This document shows positions 57,764 through 64,000 of a stretch of 64,000 bases of DNA, piece by piece. The translations under genes were made by a program, and so were the position numbers. The notes beneath the pieces were generated by a model that was not told the DNA's origin, searched no databases, and worked only from the letters and a program-made list of their open reading frames with translations. Every line of letters begins with the position of its first letter. Within the stretch, counting starts at the first letter, position 1. Origin of the DNA: an uncultured Actinomycetota bacterium (GTDB taxonomy: Bacteria > Actinomycetota > Actinomycetes > Actinomycetales > Microbacteriaceae); contig CAVWGM010000002.1 of the NCBI GenBank assembly GCA_963754635.1, positions 127,345-191,344 on the forward strand. The letters run 5' to 3'.

Positions 57764-59052
57764 GCCAGGGCGTCCACGATCGGGCGGAACTTGACGCGGG
57801 TTTCGAGCAGCTCGGTCTCGGGGTCGCTGCCGGCCACGATCCCGGCGCCGGCGTGGGCGACCACCGGGATGGTCCCCGGCGCGGGCGGGGCTCCTCCCGG
57901 AACCTCGCCGATCTGGGCGCACCGCAGCGCGATCGCCCACTCGCCGTCGCCGGCGGCATCGACCCACCCGACGGGTCCGGCATAGCGCCGGCGGTCGAAA
58001 GGCTCGATCCTCCGGATGACCTCGATCGCGGCATCCGTCGGGGTACCTGCCACAGCGGCGGTGGGGTGCAGCGCCGCGACCAGGTCGAGCGCAGAGGCAT
58101 GGTCGGCGATCTCGCCGGCGACGTCGGTGGCGAGATGCCACAGGTTCGGAAGCTCGAGCGCGAACGGCTCGTCGTCGGCGTTCAGCGTGCTGGTGTGCGG
58201 GGCGAGGGAGTCGAGCACGCTGCGCACGGCGTACTGGTGCTCGTCGAGGTCCTTTCCGCTGTGCGCCAGGCGGAAGGATGCCGCGGCGTCGTCGTCCGAG
58301 TCGGCTCCGCGGGGGAACGTGCCTGCCAGCACGCGGGCGGTCACGTCGCCGCCGGACACCGTGACGAGCGTCTCGGGGCTCGCGCCGATGAGCCCGTCCA
58401 CCGCGAAGGTCCAGGTGTCGAGGTAATCGCGCGAGAGAGCCCGCACGAGGCGCCGCAGATCGGCGCCGGCGGGCACCGTGCCCACGAGATCGCGCGCGAG
58501 GACGACCTTGCCCACTTCGCCGGCAGCGATCGCGTCGAGCCCGGCGCGCACCGCCGCCTGATACCCCTCGGGATCGAGGTCGCCCGGGCCGAGCGTGGCC
58601 GACCAGTAGGGTCCGTAGGGGACAGGCTCGACGGACGGATCGGCGCGATCTGTGTCGACCGTGCGGATGCGGGTGATCCACGCCCGGCCGTCGCGCCGGC
58701 CGACGATGGCCTGCGGCACCATCAGACGGCTCGAAGCCTGTGACCGGGGATCGAACACGAGCGCACCGAATCCCACCAGGCCGGTGCCGTGCAGCCCGAC
58801 CGGATCATCGATCTCCGCCGCGGCGGCCAGCGCTCGCCACACGTCGGCAGCCGACTCGGCGGGCGTACCGGAACCGCCGCCCGTTCCGCCGGACTGGTAC
58901 TCGGCGACAACGCCTCCCACTCCCACGATGCCCTCGCCCCGGCGCAGCCACGCGAGCGGTGACCGCGCATCGCTGAACGCGAGGATGTCTTCGACGGGAT
59001 CGATCTCTCGCGTCTGCACCATCAGGCGGGGCGGGCGGCGCGGGAGGGTCAC
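57760..59052 (-). CDS. menF: Isochorismate synthase
   Basis: Chorismate-binding domain: HPTAAVAGTP and GWVDAAGDGEWAIALR. Confidence 0.9.
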   Translation of the reverse strand: MTLPRRPPRLMVQTREIDPVEDILAFSDARSPLAWLRRGEGIVGVGGVVAEYQSGGTGGGSGTPAESAADVWRALAAAAEIDDPVGLHGTGLVGFGALVFDPRSQASSRLMVPQAIVGRRDGRAWITRIRTVDTDRADPSVEPVPYGPYWSATLGPGDLDPEGYQAAVRAGLDAIAAGEVGKVVLARDLVGTVPAGADLRRLVRALSRDYLDTWTFAVDGLIGASPETLVTVSGGDVTARVLAGTFPRGADSDDDAAASFRLAHSGKDLDEHQYAVRSVLDSLAPHTSTLNADDEPFALELPNLWHLATDVAGEIADHASALDLVAALHPTAAVAGTPTDAAIEVIRRIEPFDRRRYAGPVGWVDAAGDGEWAIALRCAQIGEVPGGAPPAPGTIPVVAHAGAGIVAGSDPETELLETRVKFRPIVDALA

Positions 59053-59058
59053 CCCTCA

Positions 59059-59068
59059 AGCCTAGACT
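59059..59068. promoter_or_regulatory. Overlapping divergent -10 boxes (TAGGCT for menF on the minus strand, TAGACT for the DUF402 gene on the plus strand)
   Basis: AGCCTAGACT. Each hexamer lies 6 nt from its GTG start codon (59052 and 59075). Confidence 0.5.
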
Positions 59069-59074
59069 CGCGGG

Positions 59075-59641
59075 GTGACCGACAACGCCGTCTCCGCACG
59101 CCCCGAACCGGGCACCCGCTTGATGTTCCGCTGGCGCAAATGGGACGGCGGGCCTCATTGGGTGCACGAGTGCGTGTACCTCGGCAGCGACGCGTGGGGC
59201 GACTGGTTCGGCCAGCTCCCCGGGTGGGACAGCTCGCGCCCCGGGCGCACGTTCGAGCCGCAGCATCCGAACGTCACCCTCGTCCCGCCGAGCGGCGACT
59301 ACGCGTTCACTCGCAACGCGGCGCCGCACCGCACCCGCACATACATCGACATCGCGTGGGATCTGCGCTGGCAGGACGGCGAGCCCACCGGCATCGACAT
59401 GGACCTCGATGTCGTCGACCACGCCGAGCGGGGGATCTACATCGACGACCGCGATGAGTGGGACGAGCACCGCGTCGCGTACGCGTACCCGGCCGATGTC
59501 GTAGACCGCCTCGACACGCTCGCCACCGACCTCGCGCAGCGCGTCACCGCCGGTGAGGTTCCCTTCGACGAAGGCACCGCCGCGGGCTGGCTCGCGCGGC
59601 TCGAACAGCTCGGCACGGCCGGCGCCCCGCCCTCGGCCTAG
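59075..59641 (+). CDS. DUF402 domain-containing protein
   Basis: YIDIAWDL..GIDMDLDVV pattern of DUF402. Confidence 0.75.
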   Translation: MTDNAVSARPEPGTRLMFRWRKWDGGPHWVHECVYLGSDAWGDWFGQLPGWDSSRPGRTFEPQHPNVTLVPPSGDYAFTRNAAPHRTRTYIDIAWDLRWQDGEPTGIDMDLDVVDHAERGIYIDDRDEWDEHRVAYAYPADVVDRLDTLATDLAQRVTAGEVPFDEGTAAGWLARLEQLGTAGAPPSA

Positions 59642-59650
59642 ACTCGACGG

Positions 59651-60403
59651 GTGGCAGCCCACCCCCCAGAGCACGAGCCGAACCGCGCGGATCTGCGTAA
59701 GGACCCCGCACGCGTGAGCGGGATGTTCGACCAGGTGGCGCCCGCCTACGACCGCACGAACACCGTGCTGAGCATGGGCAACGACCGCTTCTGGCGTGCC
59801 GCCACGACGCGCGCAGTCGCGCCGCGCCCAGGTGAGCGCATCCTCGACCTGGCCGCCGGGACCGGCGCCTCGAGTGTCGCGCTCTCCCGCAGTGGCGCGA
59901 CCGTGGTCGCCGCCGATTTCTCGCCCGGCATGATCGCCGAAGGCGAGCGCCGCTACGGCCGCTCGGCGCCGGGTGGCGGCATCCGGAATCTGTCCTTCAT
60001 CGAGGCCGACGCGACCGATCTGCCGTTCGAGGACGGCGAGTTCGACGCCGTCACGATGTCGTTCGGTCTCCGCAACGTCAACGAGCCCAAGAAGGCGCTC
60101 GGCGAGCTGCTGCGCGTGACGCGGCCCGGCGGACGGCTGGTCGTCTGCGAGTTCTCCCACCCGCCTTCGCGTACGTTCAACGGGCTCTACCGCTTCTACA
60201 ACGACCGCGTCCTGCCCGTGGTGGCCAAGACCATGAGCTCCAACGCCGACGCCTACGACTACCTGAACGAGTCGATCCGCGACTGGCCGGATCAGCGCGA
60301 GCTGTCGGCCTGGATCCGCCGGGCGGGGTGGACGGATGTCGCGTACCGCAACCTGTCGATGGGCATCGTCGCTCTGCACCGAGCCGTCAAGCCCGGCCGG
60401 TAG
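59651..60403 (+). CDS. menG: Demethylmenaquinone methyltransferase
   Basis: UbiE/MenG family: YDRTNTVLSMG and LDLAAGTG. Confidence 0.9.
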   Translation: MAAHPPEHEPNRADLRKDPARVSGMFDQVAPAYDRTNTVLSMGNDRFWRAATTRAVAPRPGERILDLAAGTGASSVALSRSGATVVAADFSPGMIAEGERRYGRSAPGGGIRNLSFIEADATDLPFEDGEFDAVTMSFGLRNVNEPKKALGELLRVTRPGGRLVVCEFSHPPSRTFNGLYRFYNDRVLPVVAKTMSSNADAYDYLNESIRDWPDQRELSAWIRRAGWTDVAYRNLSMGIVALHRAVKPGR

Positions 60404-60412
60404 GCTGGCGTG

Positions 60413-61468
60413 GTGACTCCCTCAGCGCCGGGCTCGCGCATTGCGGGCAAGCTGGGCCTCTCCGACCGCGTCTTCGCCGGACCGAGGGCTCGCAAGCTGC
60501 TTTCCGCCGTCGAGGCGGGCCTCGCTCGTGTCGACACCGCTCTCGAGAACGAGCTGCGTGTCACGGATTCGCTCGCCGACGCCACCAGCCGCTACCTGTA
60601 CGAAGCCGGCGGCAAGCGCGTGCGGCCCATGCTCGCGCTGCTCACCGCGCAGCTCGGCGACGGGGCGACCGACCGCGTCATCGACGGGGCCACCGCCCTC
60701 GAGATGACCCACCTCGGCTCGCTCTACCACGACGATGTGATGGATGCCGCCGACAAGCGCCGCGGCGTCCCCAGTGCGCACGCCATCTGGGGCAACAACG
60801 TCGCGATCCTCACCGGCGATCTGCTGTTCTCGCGCGCGAGCCAGATCATGGCGCGTCACGGCGAGGGCGCGATCCGCCTCCAGGCCGACACCTTCGAGCG
60901 CCTCGTGCTCGGGCAGATGCACGAGACCGTCGGGCCGAAGGAGGGAGAGGATCGCGTCGCGTTCTACCTCCAGGTGCTCTCCGACAAGACCGGGTCGCTC
61001 ATCGCCGCCGCCGCTCAGGCCGGCGTGGTCTTCTCCGACGGCCCCGAGGAGTACGAGGCCCCGCTGGTCGCCTTCGGGGAGAAGGCCGGCGTCGCCTTCC
61101 AGCTGCTCGACGACGTCATCGACCTCTCTGCCGATCCCGGCGAGACGGGCAAGGTGCCCGGCACCGACCTGCGCGCCGGCGTGCCGACCATGCCGTACCT
61201 CGTGCTGGGGCAGCGCGACGACGCGTCCTCACAGGACCTGCGCGACCGCATCGACGAGGGTGTCGCGCGCATCGCCGACGGCGCCGACCCGGCGATCCTC
61301 GATGACGCGCTCGCCGAGCTCCGCGAGCACGAGGCCACGCAGTCCACCCTCGACCTCGCTCACGCCTGGTCGCGGGAAGCCGTCGACGCTCTCGAACCTC
61401 TCCCCGACGGCGCGGTGCGCGAGGCGCTCACCCGCTTCGCCCAGGCCGTCGCCGACCGCTCGAGCTGA
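60413..61468 (+). CDS. Polyprenyl diphosphate synthase (menaquinone side chain)
   Basis: DDxxD motifs LYHDDVMD and QLLDDVID. There are tandem GTG codons at 60410 and 60413. Confidence 0.9.
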   Translation: MTPSAPGSRIAGKLGLSDRVFAGPRARKLLSAVEAGLARVDTALENELRVTDSLADATSRYLYEAGGKRVRPMLALLTAQLGDGATDRVIDGATALEMTHLGSLYHDDVMDAADKRRGVPSAHAIWGNNVAILTGDLLFSRASQIMARHGEGAIRLQADTFERLVLGQMHETVGPKEGEDRVAFYLQVLSDKTGSLIAAAAQAGVVFSDGPEEYEAPLVAFGEKAGVAFQLLDDVIDLSADPGETGKVPGTDLRAGVPTMPYLVLGQRDDASSQDLRDRIDEGVARIADGADPAILDDALAELREHEATQSTLDLAHAWSREAVDALEPLPDGAVREALTRFAQAVADRSS

Positions 61469-61488
61469 GGCTCGCCGAAAGGACCACC

Positions 61489-62862
61489 ATGACCAAGCTC
61501 CGACTGGCGATCGTGGGGGCGGGCCCCGCGGGCATCTACGCCGCGGACATCCTGCTCAAGGCCGAGCGCAAGTTCGACGTCTCGATCGATCTGTTCGAGC
61601 AGCTGCCGGCGCCGTACGGGCTGGTCCGATACGGCGTCGCTCCCGATCACCCGCGCATCAAGGGCATCATCACGGCGCTGCGCGAGGTGCTCGATCGCGG
61701 CGACATCCGCCTGTTCGGCAATGTGCGCTTCGGCGAGGACATCACCCTCGACGATCTCAAGCACCACTACAACGCGGTGATCTTCGCCACGGGAGCGATC
61801 CGCGACACCGGCCTCGACATCCCCGGAATCGATGCCGCCGGCTCATACGGTGCCGCCGACTTCGTGAGCTGGTTCGACGGGCACCCCGACGTCCCGCGCG
61901 AGTGGCCTCTCGACGCCGAGTCCGTCGCCGTGATCGGCAACGGCAACGTGGCCCTCGACGTCGCGCGCATGCTCGCCAAGCACGCTGAGGACCTGCTGCC
62001 GACGGAGATCCCCGCCAACGTCCACGCCGGACTCGTGGCCAGCACCGTCACCGACGTCCACGTCTTCGGTCGCCGCGGACCCGCCCAGGTGAAGTTCACC
62101 CCCCTCGAGCTGCGCGAGCTCGGCGAGCTGCGCGATGTCGACATGGTCGTCTACGACGAGGACTTCGACTACGACGAGGCCTCCCGGGCCGCGATCGCCA
62201 GCAACAAGCAGGTGCTCGTGATCGATCGCGTGCTGCAGTCGTGGCGGCAGCGCCCGAGCGTGAACAACGCCGGGGGAGCGGCATCCCGTCGTCTTCATCT
62301 GCACTTCTATGCGAAGCCCCTGGAGATCGTGACGGATGCCGAGGGCCGCGTCGCGGCATTCCGTTACGAGCGCACGCGCCCAGACGGCGAGGGCGGCGTC
62401 GTCGGCACCGGCGAGATCCGTGAGGTCGCCATCCAGGCGCTCTACCGTGCCGTCGGATACTTCGGCTCGCCGCTGCCCGGCGTGCCGTTCGACGAGCGTC
62501 ACGGCGTGATCCCCAACCACGAGGGCCAGGCGCTCCACGAGGAGTCCAACGAGCGCGTCTCCGGTGTGTACGCGACGGGCTGGATCAAGCGCGGCCCGGT
62601 GGGGCTCATCGGCCACACGAAGTCGGACGCGATGGAGACCGTGCGTCACATCATCAACGACCAGGGCTCGTGGTGGCAGCCGGTCGATCCGTCCGAGGCG
62701 GCGATCCCCGCACTGCTCGCCGAGCGCGGCGTGCGCTGGACCGACCTGACCGGCTGGCACCGGCTGGACCAGCACGAGGTCGGCCTCGGCGCGCCGCACG
62801 GACGTGCGCGCGTGAAGGTCGTGGCGCGCGACGAGATGGTCGCGATCTCGCGCGGCGAGTAG
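61489..62862 (+). CDS. fprA: FprA/adrenodoxin-reductase-like ferredoxin--NADP+ reductase
   Basis: GAGPAG FAD motif and IGNGNVALD NADP motif. Confidence 0.85.
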   Translation: MTKLRLAIVGAGPAGIYAADILLKAERKFDVSIDLFEQLPAPYGLVRYGVAPDHPRIKGIITALREVLDRGDIRLFGNVRFGEDITLDDLKHHYNAVIFATGAIRDTGLDIPGIDAAGSYGAADFVSWFDGHPDVPREWPLDAESVAVIGNGNVALDVARMLAKHAEDLLPTEIPANVHAGLVASTVTDVHVFGRRGPAQVKFTPLELRELGELRDVDMVVYDEDFDYDEASRAAIASNKQVLVIDRVLQSWRQRPSVNNAGGAASRRLHLHFYAKPLEIVTDAEGRVAAFRYERTRPDGEGGVVGTGEIREVAIQALYRAVGYFGSPLPGVPFDERHGVIPNHEGQALHEESNERVSGVYATGWIKRGPVGLIGHTKSDAMETVRHIINDQGSWWQPVDPSEAAIPALLAERGVRWTDLTGWHRLDQHEVGLGAPHGRARVKVVARDEMVAISRGE

Positions 62863-62880
62863 GGCGATCCCGGCGGGCGC

Positions 62881-63990
62881 TCACGGCCGGGACGCGGCAT
62901 CCAATGTCATGCGGTTCTTGCCGGCGTTCTTGGAGTCGTACATCGCGCCGTCCGCTCGTATGAGGAGGCCTTCGCCGGTCGGCTTCGGATCGATCTCGGG
63001 GCGGTAGAGGGCGACGCCGACACTCACCGATGCCGCGATGACGCCGGCGCTGACCGCGATGGGGCCCTGGGTCATGGTGAGGATCCGTTCGGCGATGGCG
63101 GTCGCCGCCGCAGCGTCGGCGTCGGCGCAGATCGCGACGAACTCGTCCCCTCCGATGCGACCGACGACGTCGCCGGCGCGCACGCCGTTGCGCAGGCGCG
63201 TCGCGAGCTCGACCAGGACGGCGTCTCCGGTGGCGTGCCCGAACTGATCGTTGACGGACTTGAACCCGTCCACGTCGAGGAACAGCACGGCGAGGGGGCG
63301 TCCGGTGACGGCGGCGCGAGCTATCGCCTCATCGAGGCTCTGCTCGAGCAGCTGCCGGTTGGCCACGCCGGTGAGCTGGTCGTGGAGGGCGAGATACGCC
63401 AGCCGCCGCTGCAGCCGAACGCGGACGAGGGTCTGCGACGCCTGGCGTCCGAGCGCTCGCTGCAGGTCGAAGAACTGGTCGTCGAACTCGGTGCGCCGCC
63501 CGAAGAAGCAGACCAGGATGCCCAGGCGCCGATCCTCGTCGAGCAGCGGAGTGACGCTGAGAGACGCGAGTCTCACCCGGCGCATGGCGGCGGCGAGCTC
63601 GGGGAACTCCTCTCGAGCGCTGGTCTCCTCGACGACCGTCACGCGCGGCGTGTAGCGCAAGGCGAGCACGGGCGGCACCTGCCCCTCGAGAGGGTTGGTG
63701 CCGGCGACGGAGGCGAGCTCGCCGTCGTCGCCGATCAGCATCACCAGAGTGTGCTTGGCCGTGAACGCGTCGCGCGCGACCTGGGCGAACGAGGAGGCGA
63801 CGTCCTCGTCGCTCGCGCTGACGCCGAACGTCGAGGAGATGTCCTGCAGGATCCGGACCCGCGCCTCGGAGCTCTCCGCGGCGCGTCGCGCGTGCAGCAG
63901 CTCTGTCTCGTACTGAAGGCGCTCCCGGGCGTTGAAGAGCGCGGTCCGGATCATCTTCGTCTCACGATCGAGCGACGAGTTCACGAGCAT
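62881..63990 (-). CDS. GAF-GGDEF diguanylate cyclase; the 5' end may lie beyond the window
   Basis: Active-site RIGGDEF. The frame stays open upstream of ATG 63990 to the window edge. Confidence 0.85.
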   Translation of the reverse strand: MLVNSSLDRETKMIRTALFNARERLQYETELLHARRAAESSEARVRILQDISSTFGVSASDEDVASSFAQVARDAFTAKHTLVMLIGDDGELASVAGTNPLEGQVPPVLALRYTPRVTVVEETSAREEFPELAAAMRRVRLASLSVTPLLDEDRRLGILVCFFGRRTEFDDQFFDLQRALGRQASQTLVRVRLQRRLAYLALHDQLTGVANRQLLEQSLDEAIARAAVTGRPLAVLFLDVDGFKSVNDQFGHATGDAVLVELATRLRNGVRAGDVVGRIGGDEFVAICADADAAAATAIAERILTMTQGPIAVSAGVIAASVSVGVALYRPEIDPKPTGEGLLIRADGAMYDSKNAGKNRMTLDAASRP

Positions 63991-64000
63991 GGGCAGCTTC

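Noticed and set aside
1-64000. Mobile elements, prophage remnants or genomic islands.
   Set aside because: I saw no transposase, integrase or recombinase genes, no tRNA-flanked boundaries, no terminal inverted repeats bracketing genes, and no obvious drop in GC content beyond short promoter regions.

Overview
High-GC (about 70% by eye) actinobacterial chromosomal DNA. Gene content and order look Microbacteriaceae-like, but that is inference; no search was run. The window is densely coding, with about 58 protein genes on both strands, and almost all of it is core metabolism. Recognisable genes: nadE, upp, tadA, proC, a Trk K+ uptake pair, an archaeal-type aspS, and the cytochrome c maturation cluster (ResA-like, ccdA, resB, ccsB). 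Also metH, and a dispersed classical menaquinone pathway (menC, menB, menE, menA, menD, menF, menG, a polyprenyl synthase). Accessory-looking content: two TetR-controlled exporters (an ABC-2 pair, and MMPL plus YhgE/Pip), a PadR plus membrane-protein pair, a fully fused ECF transporter with a lipoprotein, and a RecB-like nuclease/SF1 helicase. I saw no rRNA, tRNA, CRISPR, transposase, integrase or prophage genes, and no recognisable defence island. The most unusual signals are at the DNA level. (1) The 9-mer GCGGCATCC occurs about once per 1.1 kb, more than 20x over composition expectation. (2) About half of the genes have a TAGNCT-type -10 box 6-8 nt upstream of the start codon, as expected for leaderless mRNAs. 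(3) Three apparent +1 frame breaks interrupt otherwise intact genes, including resB. (4) There is a 45-bp tandem repeat array and several long palindromes. All family calls come from motif recognition in the supplied translations, not from database searches.
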